This document shows, in pieces, positions 1 to 10,821 of a stretch of 64,000 nucleotides of DNA. Source of the DNA: Mustelus asterias (Eukaryota); NCBI RefSeq assembly GCF_964213995.1, contig NC_135810.1, forward strand, positions 9,734,001-9,798,000, given 5' to 3'. A program made the position numbers and the translations under genes. The notes beneath the pieces are model-generated. The model searched no databases. It was not told the origin of the DNA and worked only from the letters and a program-made list of their open reading frames with translations. Each line of letters begins with the position of its first letter. Position 1 is the first letter of the stretch.

Positions 1-329
1 GAAAGTTTCCCCTTCCACCAGCAATGGGAATCATGGCAGCCGGGGTCACTAAATTTGGCGCGATGGAAAATGTCAGTGTCCTGCCAATGGGAAATTAGTT
101 TAGAAATTTATTCCCCTGACTTTGACAGTGGATTAAAGTTTCCTGCTGAACTATGCCAGAAATCACATTTGTATTAAGTTGCATTTCATGAACGCTCATT
201 AAAGGCCAGAAGAACGTTCCCCTCCAAAATAAATGTCCCACAAGTGAATAAATAGAACAGCTGTTTCCCGAATATAAGTGGCACAGACTTGATGAGCATC
301 ATTTTAGCGACAAATTCAATATCCATAGA

Positions 330-559
330 CAAAGAACAAAAAACAAAGAACAAATAAAATTACAGCACAGGAACAGGCCCTTCGGCCCTCCAAGCCTGCA
401 CCGATCATGCTGCCTGACTGAATTAAAACCTCTTACCCTTCCGGAGACCATATCCCTCCATTCACATCCTATTCATGTATTTGTCCAGAGGCCCCTTAAA
501 ACTCACTACCGTATCCACTACCTCCCCCAGCAGCAAGTTCCAGGCACCCACCACCCTCT
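330..559 (-). mobile_element. CR1 LINE 3' end fragment
   Basis: Reverse complement of a CR1 3' UTR with (CAAAGAA)n-type tail and the acagcacaggaacaggcccttcggccc motif; abuts the element at 560. Confidence 0.8.
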
Positions 560-905
560 GGGCCTGATTTTACCATTTTGAGTCTAAGTGCCGAATCTGG
601 GCGTCAAATAGATCCGCACCTGGAATCCTCTTTCCAGTGCGCCCATACGCGTTTTGCCGGCTCCAGTCCGATTCGCGCTGTGGGCGGGGCTTAGCGCTGC
701 TGGAATGATTGGAGTTCTGAACAGCGCATGCAGTGAGAGGAGGGAGGGGTGGGAGGAGGAGGGGGGCTGGGAGGAGGGGGAGGTGGGAGGAAGGGGGGGC
801 AGGACCCAGATCATCCTCTGGTCGGGGCCCAGATCATCCTCTGGTCGGGGGGGGGTCCGCTGCCAGTCTGCGGTCGATCCCTCCTCCCGGAGTGGACGTG
901 CGGCC

Positions 906-1060
906 ATGCCATCCCACAAAACCTTCAGGATGAAGCGATTCCTCGCTAAGAAGATGAAGCAGAACCGGCCGATTCCACAGTGGATCCGCATGAAAACCGG
1001 CTACAAGATCAGTACAAGTCCAAGAGGAGACACTGGAGAAGGACCAAGTTGGGCCTGTAA
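906..1060 (+). pseudogene. RPL39: Processed 60S ribosomal protein L39 pseudogene (full length, 1-nt frameshift)
   Basis: ATG906 encodes [35 protein letters not shown]; after a 1-nt deletion (atcag^tac) it reads [18 protein letters not shown](1058-1060). 155 nt vs 156 expected; no introns. Confidence 0.95.
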
Positions 1061-1137
1061 AGGGATCGACCATCACTGGTACACTCCCAGCCACAGATTA
1101 CTCTTCCCTGCAGGGGCAAGAGAGCGGGAGAGATGGC

Positions 1138-1263
1138 TGTCTCCTCTTGGACTTGCACTGATTTTGTAGTTGGTTTTCATGTGGATCCACGGTGGAATCG
1201 GCCGGTTCTGCTTCATCTTCTTAGTGAGGAATCGCTTCATTCTGAAGGTTTTGTGGGATGGCA
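1138..1263 (-). pseudogene. RPL39: Second, truncated RPL39 pseudogene copy in inverted orientation
   Basis: Reverse strand reads [34 protein letters not shown]...; 118/126 nt identical to 907-1032 by manual count; same 1-nt deletion; lacks ATG and the C-terminal codons. Confidence 0.93.
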
Positions 1264-1671
1264 CCCCCCCCACCACCCCCCTTCCCACCCCGCCTCCCCC
1301 CCCCCCTCCCACCACCCCCTCCCCCCCAGACCAGAGGATGATCTGGGTCCCGCCACCCCCCCCCCGCAGAGGATGGCCTGCGTCAGAGAGCTGTTGCAGG
1401 CTCTGACCCCGCTCTTTGGAAGCTGCAGCGATGACTTCAGACTTTTATTTTGCAGGTCGCTTACAGCGCGGATGCGGAACGGGCCAGAAGACGGTAAAGT
1501 GGGATTTGGCGGTAGGGTTGGGCGCGCGGTTCATTAAGTCGATTTAAATGCCCGTGCCCGAATCGGTTGTCGGTACAGCCGCGATCTGCTCGGAATCGGG
1601 TGCAGATCACGGTTTAGGCCCGACGCCCAACTTTACCGCGATTCCGCGTCCATTTTGGTCAAATCGGACCC

Positions 1672-1850
1672 TAACTGCCGAATCTGGGCGTCAAATAGAT
1701 CCGAGCCTGGAATCCTCTTTCCAGCGCGCCCATGCGCTTTTTGCCGGCTCCAGTCCGAACTGCGATGTGGGCGGGGCTTAGCGCTGCCGGAACGTTCGGA
1801 ACTCTGAACTGCGCATGTGCAGTTCGAAAAAAATCCGAAGCAGCGCGTCC
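1672..1850 (+). mobile_element. Partial second copy of the left subterminal region of the same TIR element
   Basis: Direct repeat of about 584-733 (tgccgaatctgggcgtcaaatagatccg...gggcggggcttagcgctgc); truncated by CR1 at about 1851. Confidence 0.75.
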
Positions 1851-2410
1851 TGGTCTCCTTTTCTGAGGAAGTTTGCTCTTGCTGTCAAGGTAGTGCAGCA
1901 AAGGTTTACCAGGCTGATTCCTGGGATGGCAGGACTGATATATGAGGAAAGATTGTCTAGGTTAACATTGTTTTCGCTGGAGTTCAGACAAATGAGGGGT
2001 GTTCTCATAGAGACTTATAAAATTCTAACAGGGCCAGACAGGGTAGATGCAGGAAAGATGTTCCCGAATGTAGGAGAGTCCAGAACCAGGGGCCACAGTC
2101 TGAGGATTCGGGATAGACCATTTAGGATGGAGATGAGGAGACATTTCTTCACCCAAAGAGTGGTGAGCCAGTGGAATTCATCATCACAAGAAGTAGTTGA
2201 TGCCAAAACATTGAATGTATTCAAGAGGTGGCTGGATATAGCACTTGGGGCGAATAGGATCAAAGATTATGGGGAGAAAGCAGGATTAGGCTATTGAGTT
2301 GGATGATCAGCCATGAATGTGATGAATAGCAGAGCAGGTTCGAAGGGCCAAATGGCCTCCTCCTGCTCCTATCTTCAATGTTACTATGTTTCTATGTTTT
2401 CTATGTTTGA
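1851..2410 (+). mobile_element. 5'-truncated CR1 LINE (ORF2 C-terminus and 3' UTR)
   Basis: ORF 1815-2297 contains VQQRFTRLIPGM..YEERLSRL.LFSLEFR..RG.LIETYKI..TRGHSL..FFTQRVV..WN; (TTCTATGT)n tail near 2385-2408. Confidence 0.9.
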
Positions 2411-2592
2411 GTGCCATGGTGAAGCAGATGTTTACACCACAGCGGGCCTGCTGTGACTGAATGTGCGGTTGCCATTTAAATATGGCGCCAGGACGTTTGA
2501 TTCTATGAGGTAATGGTAGAGTGGATGGATCTCTGCTCCCCCCGCCCCCCCACCCCCGGCGCACCCCGTCCCCCCACACCCCCACCACCACA

Positions 2593-2858
2593 CAAAGAAC
2601 AAAGAACAATACAGCACAGGAACAGGCCCTTCGGCCCTGCAAGCCCGCGCCGCTCCCTGGTCCAAACTGGACCATTCATTTGTATCCCTCCATTCCCACT
2701 CCGTTCATGTGGCTATCTAGATAAGTCTTAAACGTTCCCAGTGTGTCCGCCTCCACCACCTTGCCCGGCAGCGCATTCCAGGCCCCCACCTGTGTAAAAT
2801 ACGTCCTTCTGATATCCGTGTTAAACCTCCCCCCTCCCTCACCTTGAACCTATGACCC
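2593..2858 (-). mobile_element. CR1 LINE 3' end fragment
   Basis: caaagaacaaagaacaatacagcacaggaacaggccc tail plus reverse-strand ORF2 C-terminal remnant. Confidence 0.8.
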
Positions 2859-4242
2859 AATTCAATTCATGACACAATTCAACATGATCCTTGTCGATGC
2901 AAAATCAATGAGTTGAAAAGCCAAAACATTGAGGGGATACATCCACCCCACCACCCAAAGGAACCTGATCAACTTTCCTGCCTGCTGCTCTATTCTCCAG
3001 AATGGAAAATTCCTCCCATGGTCATACTCAATTGTGGAGCAGGCTCAAAGGTCCACTGCTGCCTCTTTCCTATTATTACCTTTGTCCTCACAAGAATGTT
3101 GCTTCTATTGTTTGCAAGTGAACGTGGCCATGGATTTAATTTCTTCGGTGAGACGTGTTACAGTAAGAAAGTACAATTGAAATCCCTGGCGATTGCGTCT
3201 TCTGAATCTGTTTTTATCTCGAATGTGCTGCATTTAATTCCCTTGAGATCCTGTGACAGAAATTATATATCGAAGCAAAACACTGCAGATGCTGTAAGTA
3301 TGAAATCATTCTGGATTTTATATATTAAATAAATGCAGAAATTATGTATTTCCGCAGGTAAGACTTTCCATTTTGTGCGGCACAATTTTATGGGATATCT
3401 GGCCAAAAAATGAGATTGCAATTTGTAAAACAATTGTAGTTTTGATCAGATTTACATGTTATTTCTCTGTGTAGGACAAAGGCAATCACAATGCAGTGAC
3501 TGCATTTCATTTCTTATTTTTATTAGTTAACTGAGTATTCTTTACTTACAAGTGAATTATTCATAGCATGCGACTGTGAGACTGCTGGCTCACATCCCTA
3601 CTATGCGATACAACGCTTGCTGCAAACAGCATTGAATGCCTCTCTGAAGGCCAAATAAATGCAGAACGACTCCAAAAAGTCTGAAAGGCAATACATTAAG
3701 GACCCTGCGGCATTCAAATAAACACATTTACTCCCGCACTCCGAATAATGTGAGCAGGGATCTGAACTTTTGCTCGCTGTCTGCACGTTAGTCACTAAGT
3801 GCCCAGAGTTGGCCTTTAGTTACATCAGAATCATCAACTCTACAGTGTGCTACCTCTGCGGGTCAGTGAGCTGAAGGCGAGTTGACAAAGGACTCACTCA
3901 GTCGTTCAGTCTACCACTCCTTTCCTGATTCCCCATTTTAAATCTTTCTGGCCTTCCTAATCATCAGCCTTGAGTTTGCAGCGTTCTTGACTCTGTCACC
4001 TTCTGTTCAAGCAATTCCATTTCTGCCCTCATAACGGGTCTCTTATTTTGTTTCTTCTCTGTCATTTGAGCTCTGTGTGTCTAAAACGTTCAGAGCCCTT
4101 GTGGACATTTTTAAATATATCTGCTGCTTTCTTTAGTTCAATTTATTTCAAATTTAAAACCCTTGGTCTGCAAGCAGTATCCAATTCCAACTTCTTTTCA
4201 CAGATTTGTTTTACGCTGGGTATGTTCCTCAGAGTCACTGAT

Positions 4243-4680
4243 TGACCAAGACTGCAAGAAACAACAAAGGGTTGAGAATGAAGTCCAGTCCATCACACAA
4301 ACGTCCCATCCATTGACTCCATCTACACTTCTCGCTGCCTCGGAAAAGCAGCCAGCATAATTCAGGACCCCACGCACCCCGGACATTTTCTCTTCCACCT
4401 TCTTCCTTCGGGAAAAAGATACAAAAGTCTGAGATCACGTACCAACCGACTCAAGGACAGCTTCTTTGCTGCTGCCATCAGACTTTTGAATGGACCTGCC
4501 ATATATTAAACTTATCTTTCTCTATATCCGAGCTGTGACTCTAACACTATATTCTGCACCCTCTCTTTCCTTCTCCTCTATGCACTCTATGAATGGTTTG
4601 CTTTGTCTAGTGCCCAAGAAACAATACTTTTCACTGTATCCCAATACATGTGACAATAATAAATCAGATCAAATCAACTC
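4243..4680 (+). mobile_element. Rex1/Babar-type LINE 3' fragment
   Basis: Encodes QDCKKQQRVE..QSIT..SI..SRCL.KAASII.DP.HPGH...LPSG.RY.S....T.RL..SF; ends gtgacaataataaatc(aaatc)n. Confidence 0.75.
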
Positions 4681-4882
4681 ACAGATTGTCCCTGTACTAG
4701 CACTCTGCAATCCGTTGCATACTTAGGTTTGCCCAGTATCTGGAAGGTAAATGTGGTGAACCCAGGGTTTGAACAGAGAACCTTTGCCATGGCATTGATG
4801 GTTTCCAGACATATCACATGTGCTCATGTGGGGTCTTCAGCTGCTGTACATAGGAACATAAATTTGAGGCTGTGCTTTAGAC

Positions 4883-5374
4883 CAGTGGTTCTCAAGCAGT
4901 GTGCACTGGTGTGCCATGAAGACTTTCCAACTGTGCCACAAAGGATTGAAAATGATTTATAATTCATGTAATTAAACTAAACCTAACCTTTGTCTTCAGC
5001 TCTGTGGTCGGCATCTCCATGAGCCGAAATACCTCAGGTCTCCGGCGCATGCGTCAGCTGGGAAAGAGCCATACATGCGCGGTTAAGATTTTTTATGTTG
5101 TTCAGGCCCATACACATGACCAACGGGACTTGGAGCTGAAGGCAAAGGTCCCACGCACCCACATAAGAAGCGAAAACTCAAAAAGGGCACAAAAGTCCTG
5201 AGAGAAGTGAGAGAGAGAGACAGGGAGAGATTAAAAAAAAACGCAAGCGTGGACAGGGAGAAGTTAAAACGAAGTTCCCATTCAGGAAAAAAGGCAGAGA
5301 AATAGGAGGTTTGCCTCAAAATTTGTTTCTTGGATAGAGGTATGCCATGACATATAAAAGGCTGGGAATGACCG
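4883..5374. mobile_element. hAT (Charlie-like) non-autonomous element
   Basis: Perfect 8-bp TSD CTTTAGAC (4875-4882 and 5375-5382); left TIR cagtggttctcaa, degenerate right TIR gctgggaatgaccg. Confidence 0.75.
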
Positions 5375-5580
5375 CTTTAGACTATCTTGCTTTTCACAAC
5401 CTCAGCACACACAGAAGTTCTTGACACCCAATGATGACATTCTGAAATGTAACCACAGTCATAATGCGAGACATTTAGACCCATTTGTTGAACACTATGT
5501 AGATAAAAGAATCAGATTATACACAACAGTAGATGTGCAATAAATGCAATATTTATTATTCCTCAGAATATCAGAAAAAG

Positions 5581-5908
5581 AGGCGGCATGATGGTACAGT
5601 GGTTAGCACTGCTGCCTCACAGTGTCAGGGACCCGAGTTCAATTCTGGCCTTGGGTCACTGTCTGTGTGGAGTTTGCACATTCTCCCCGCATCTGTAAGG
5701 GTTTCCTCCGGGTGCTCCGGTTTCCTCCCACAGTCCAAAGATGTGTGGGTTAGGTTGATTGGCCATGCTAAATTGACCCTAATGTCAGGGGGATTAGCGG
5801 GGCAAATATGTGAGATTATGGGAATAAGGCCTGGGTGGGATTGGGGTCAGTGCTGACTCAATGGGCTGAATGGCCTCCTTCTGCACTGCCGGAACGCTGA
5901 CTCTATGA
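5581..5908 (+). mobile_element. HE1-type tRNA-derived V-SINE (CR1 tail)
   Basis: Head ggcggcatgatggtacagtggttagcactgctgcctcacag with Pol III A/B-box-like motifs, V-domain gtgtggagtttgcacattctcccc...ggtttcctcccacagtccaaaga, CR1-like tail. Confidence 0.85.
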
Positions 5909-7168
5909 AAAACGGAAGCCCTCCCCTCTCCCAACTCTAAATATAGAGAGGGATGCAGACAGAATCCCTGACTCGTGATGACATGTGTCTTTCAATCTAA
6001 GCTCTGTCCATGACTGCTGAGTGAGGTGGAGGCCAATTTCCCATTGCACCCTCAAATTCTTTTAAACAAAGAAAAATAATAATGAAAAAAAATAACATTC
6101 CTGAAGCTTCATCGCTGTTAGCAGTCAAATGTGTACCGGACGGGATGTTTGGGTTTGAATTAATTGGTTTGTCTCCAAACGAAGGAATAGATGATCTTTT
6201 ACCATTTGAATACTGCTGTAATACTTCAATTGTTGTTGCACTAAAAAAGAGAAAAGGACATGTTAATTTTTATTTCAAAGTGTTTAATGTTTGTTGGCAG
6301 GGATGGTCCTATTTTATGTATGGAGCTAGTAATAATTAAATCTGCCACTGTGAAATGAAGGTATGCCGAGAATTGTCCAAAGTGGTTGATCTTTTTCAAT
6401 CAGAATATCTCAAACTGTGTTTTGCAGAACACTGGGGTTCATAGAATCCATAGAATCCTACAGTGCAGAAGGAGACCATTCAGCCCATCAAGTCAGCACC
6501 GACCACAGTCCAAAGATGTGTGGGTTAGGTTGATTGGCCATGCTAAACCACAGAGATAAGGTTTAAAGCCATGTTTCCTGTAGTTTGCCTACACAAGATA
6601 CTCACACAACAGAACTTAACCCCAACGTGGTGACAGGGGAACAATCCCTTCTGTATCTTACAGTTCACAAAGTTCAAACAGGACAAACCATCGAAGAGGA
6701 TTTAGAAGCATAAAAGGATTCAAGGGGCCACATGTGGAATAAATATGCAGGGCAGTAATGCACTTACAAACAGATTCACAAAATTCAAACCATACAAAGG
6801 TGAAAGGAATCTTGTCCCCTAGTGAGTGAATTGGGAAAATTTACACTGGGACCATGACTAGTATAGAGGATAGAATGAACATAGTTAATAGGATAACAAG
6901 GTCAATCCCATCCAGGCCCTCTCCCCATAACCCCATGCATTTATCCCAGCCAGTCGCCCTGACACTAAGGGACAATTCAATCCACCTAACCCGCTCATCT
7001 TTGGACTGGTTCCATATGATCTCTCAAGGGGTTCCGTGGTAGGCCACGCTTGTCCAACAAATCACAGTCAACTCATTCAACTGATGTACATTTGAAAAAT
7101 GCGATAAAGCTGCTTGTACAATCAGAGGCTGGTTTTTTTCTGGAGTGGTTGCTGATATACTCACCAGT

Positions 7169-7188
7169 ATGTGTGTGTGTGTGTGTGT
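7169..7188 (+). repeat. (TG)n microsatellite
   Basis: About 9 TG units seen directly. Confidence 0.9.
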
Positions 7189-8030
7189 CTGCAGGGATAT
7201 ACATTTAAATGTAGCCTGTGACATTGACTCAAATTGGGTCAGGAATGGCCATAGAAAGGACAAGGATTCTCTCCCCCGCTCCCCCCCAACCCCCCACTCC
7301 CCCCGCACCACACCACCTCTCATGCACCACTCACCACTCCAGTGCTCTCATGCAAAATAAAACATTAGGAAAATGGGACATTTTGAACTCCATTTTGTGT
7401 ACTTCAATAATTTTTCAAAAATGGCATTAAACCCACCCCAAGACTGTGGACGCTAAAAAGCCTGTTAAATGTTCCTAGGCAAAATTGAACTTTTCATTGT
7501 GGACAGAAACCTTTTAAAATGATCTTCAGGTCACCTCTAATATTATCAACATGGGATTCTTTGAAGGATAAGCTAAATTGTGCAATTTATTTTAGATCAT
7601 TAAAGTGCCAATGTTGGCAGCCAAGCCTTCAGCAGCCTAGGCCCGAAACACTGGAACTCCCTCTGATCCTTTTTGCATTTCCAGCTCTCTTTCTCCTTTT
7701 CATGACCTTCATTAAGTCCTACTTCTTTGATCAAATGTTTGGTCAACTCATCTAATACCTCCCTATGCACCTCAGTGTTAAACTCCATTGAATAATACTG
7801 CGGTAAAGTGCCTTGAGCCTCTTCACCATATTAAAGGGCGCTCATAGGTACAAACTGGCATTGTCAGTGACAAATTTCAGGTGGAATCACTGGTATATTT
7901 TTTGTTTTACATGGGGTATAGAACACAAAAAGGTGTTCTTGTGCTTGAAAAACTGTTTCGGCACACAATGAACAGCCTATTAATTTGTGAAAAAATAAAT
8001 ATCCAGATAATGAATGCAATTATAATTGGT

Positions 8031-8200
8031 AATAGGTGGATTGGCCATGCTAAATTGCCCCTTTGTGTCAGGGGGACTAGCTAGGGTAAATGCATGGGGT
8101 TATGGGGATAGGGCCTGGGTGGGATTGTTGTCAGTGCAGATTCAATGGGCCGCATGACCTCCTTCTGCATTATAGGATTCTATGATTCTATGGTCCTATG
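8031..8200 (+). mobile_element. HE1 SINE 3' half
   Basis: ggattggccatgctaaattgcccc...(ttctatga)n tail. Confidence 0.8.
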
Positions 8201-8409
8201 AGCTGGTCTTAAAGGGGAAACAATAAGTTTTTGATGCCATTTTCGTAACTAAGGTCGATATTCATTGTCCCGTCTGCCACGGAATCGGAGTGGGCGAGGG
8301 GCGGACTATGGAAAGGTCCGTTGACCTCGGGCAGGATTTTACCGTTTCAGGATGAGTGAAGCCATAAAATCCCGCCTTAAATTTTTCATGGAGCAGTCAT
8401 ATCTCAATC

Positions 8410-8608
8410 TAATTCAATTTGATTTATTATTGTCACATGTATTGATATACAGTGAAAAGTTTTATTTCTTGCGCGCTATACAAAGCATACCGTTCATAGA
8501 GTACATAGGGAAGAAGGAAAGGAGAGGGTGCAGAATGTAGTGTTACAGTCATAGCTAGGGTGTAGAGAAAGATCAACTTAATATAAGGTAGGTCCATTCA
8601 ACAGTCTG
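8410..8608 (-). mobile_element. Rex1/Babar-type LINE 3' end
   Basis: Reverse complement of the 3' end seen at 4480-4680 and 16700-16920. Confidence 0.7.
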
Positions 8609-8609
8609 A

Positions 8610-10570
8610 TTTCTCATTGTTCTAGAGGAGCGATTTGAGGCCACAGTACAAAGGGTAAGGGATCGACTTTTATTACTTACCTTTCCGCGGGGTTTCTTTG
8701 TTACTAACTTTAAGGGAAAAGTGGAAGTAGGCCGGGTGCGGGGTGACCTGGGAAGAAAATTGGTTTTTTTTTCAGCGCGCGGGAGGTTTAAAAGCAGGTC
8801 GCACTATTCAGCGGGCAACGTTGTAGCGGGCAGCGGAGTGTGCAGGGAGCAGAGTGAGAGCTAAAGGGCTTTGGCTCACCGGGCTTCGGCGTAAACAGGC
8901 AGAGGCAGGGTTGGTACTGTTCTTCGTTCATCCAGTAATTTAAAGAAAGGGGTAATTATGAGTGGGAGGCCAATTTTTTGCTGTCGGATGTGGGAGTTCA
9001 TGGAGTCGCCTAGCCTCCCGGAAGTCCATATCTGCGCCAGGTGCGTCGAACTGCAGCTCCTGAGAGACCGCGTTAGGGAACTGGAGCTGCGGCTCGATGA
9101 CCTTAGTCTAGTCAGGGAAAATGAGAAGTTAATAGATAGAAGTTACAGGCAGGTCGTCACACCAGGGGCACGGGACGGAGGCACGTGGGTCATGGTTAGG
9201 AAGGGTAAAGGTCACGTACCAGAGAGTACCCCGGTGGTTGTCCCCCTTAACAGTAAGGGATGGGTGTCAGACGGGAGAGAGGAGGGGAGAGAGCAGTAAG
9301 TGATGGTATCCCGTGTTGTTGTCCCCCTCCAAAATAAGTATACCGTTTTGGATACTGTGGGGGGGGGATGACCCTCCAGGGGTAAGCCACGGTGACCAGG
9401 TCACTGGCACGGAATCGGGCTCTGTGGCTCAGAAGGGAAAGAGGGAAACCAGGAGAGCAATAGTAGTGGGGGATGAAATGGTTAGAGGCACAGACAGGCG
9501 GTTCTGTGGGCGTGAACGAGACTCCAGGATGGTAGTCTGCCTCCCTGGTGCCAGGTCCTGGATGTCTCTGAGCGGGTAGGAAGCATCCTAAAAAACGCGG
9601 GTAACCAGACAGACGTCATTGTCCACATTGGTGCAAATGACGTAGGCAGAAAGAGCAGGGAGGTCCTGCGAGAGCAATTCAGGGAGTTGGGTAGTCGGCT
9701 AAAAAGCAGGGCCTCTAGGGTAGCGATCTCTGGACTACTCCCAGTGCCACAAGCTAGTGAGGCTAGGAACAGGGAGACTGCACAACTGAATATGTGGCTA
9801 AAGGACTGGTGCAGGAGGGAGGGTTTTGAATTCATGGATCACTGGGAAGTCTTCAAGAGAGATGGCACCTGTATAAGAAGGACGGGTTGCACCTAAACTG
9901 GAGGGGTACGAATATCCTAGCTGGGAGTTTTGCTAGTGTGGTTCGGGTGGGTTTAAACTAATGTGGCAGGGGAGTGGGGATCAGAACAATAGGTCAATAA
10001 GCATAGAGGCTGGGGACGAGGTTGGGGCCAAGACAAGGCTATCTAAGAGGAAGGGCATTCTGGGGGAGGATGACCTCTGTGGGCCTGGAGGTCTGGAGTG
10101 CATCTGCTTCAATGCAAGGAGCGTCACGGGCAAGACAGACAAGCTTAGAGCCTAAATGCTTGCGCGGAACTTGGATGTGGTTGCAGTGATGGAGACTTGG
10201 TTAAAAGAAGGACAGGACTAGCTGTTGAATATTCCGGGGTATAAGTGTTTTAGGCGAATCAGAGGAGGGGCGAGGAGAGGTGGGGGAGTAGCAATGCTGG
10301 TTAGGCAGCATATTACAGTGGTACAGAGGGTGGACAATGTGGAAGGGTCAAGTAACGAGTCACTGTGGGTGGAGCTCAGAAACAGGAAGGGCGCAGTCAC
10401 TATGCTGGGGGTGTACTACAGGCCTCCCAACAGCCCACGGGAAGTTGAGGAACGGATATGTAAGGAGATTCTGGACAGGTGCAGAAAAAATAGGGTTGTT
10501 GTAGTGGGAGATTTTAATTTCCCTCACATAGACTGGAAATCGCTTAGGGCTGGGGGCCTGGACGGAGAAG
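8610..10570 (+). mobile_element. CR1 LINE 5' part: 5' UTR, degenerate ORF1 (Zn finger and SGNH esterase) and start of APE endonuclease
   Basis: ORF 8958 CCRMWE..HICARCVELQLLRDRVRELE; IVVGDEMVRGTDRRFCG..MVVCLPGA (GDSL-like); CFNARS and ETW..GGGVAMLV..ESLWVEL..GVYYRPP..VVGDFNFPHIDW; multiple stops and frameshifts. Confidence 0.9.
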
Positions 10571-10821
10571 ATATCCTGCTGTATTCTCTGACAATGTTCA
10601 TCACTATCCGCAACTCCAGCCATCTTCGTCTCGTCCGCAAACTTATTGATCACACCAGTTACATCTTCCTCCAAATCATTTATATATACCACAAACAACA
10701 GAGGTCCCAGTACAGAGCCCTGTGGAACACCTCTAGTCACAGATCTCCAACCGGAAAAAGACCCCTCCACTGCTGCCCTCTGTCTTCTATGGCTAAGCCA
10801 GTTCTCCACCCATCTAGCCAT
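10571..10821 (-). mobile_element. Inverted CR1 RT-core fragment
   Basis: Reverse strand: WVENWLSHRRQR..VTRGVPQGSVLGPLLFVVYINDL..KFADETK. Confidence 0.9.

Larger units (their letters stand above)
560..1671. mobile_element. Non-autonomous PIF/Harbinger-like TIR element carrying RPL39 sequence (Pack-type)
   Basis: Imperfect 16-bp TIRs: gggcctgattttacca (560-575) vs tggtcaaatcggaccc (1656-1671, revcomp gggtccgatttgacca), followed by TAA. GGG-starting TIRs and TAA/TWA targets are typical of PIF/Harbinger. GC-rich interior with internal inverted repeats. Left TSD not visible. Confidence 0.6.

Noticed and set aside
654-1169. 171-aa ORF containing the RPL39 N-terminus as a functional or fusion gene
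   Set aside because: The frame is open mainly because of G-rich low complexity; the RPL39 part is frameshifted and lies within a repeat element.
584-1823. Direct repeats 584-733 and 1672-1823 as an LTR pair around RPL39
   Set aside because: No TG...CA ends, PBS or PPT, and the copies are clearly diverged; better explained by TIR-element self-nesting.
3345-3363. Recursive splice site-like YAG/GTAAG (also 28866-28880)
   Set aside because: Pyrimidine tracts are short, no host gene is established, and such motifs are expected by chance in 64 kb.
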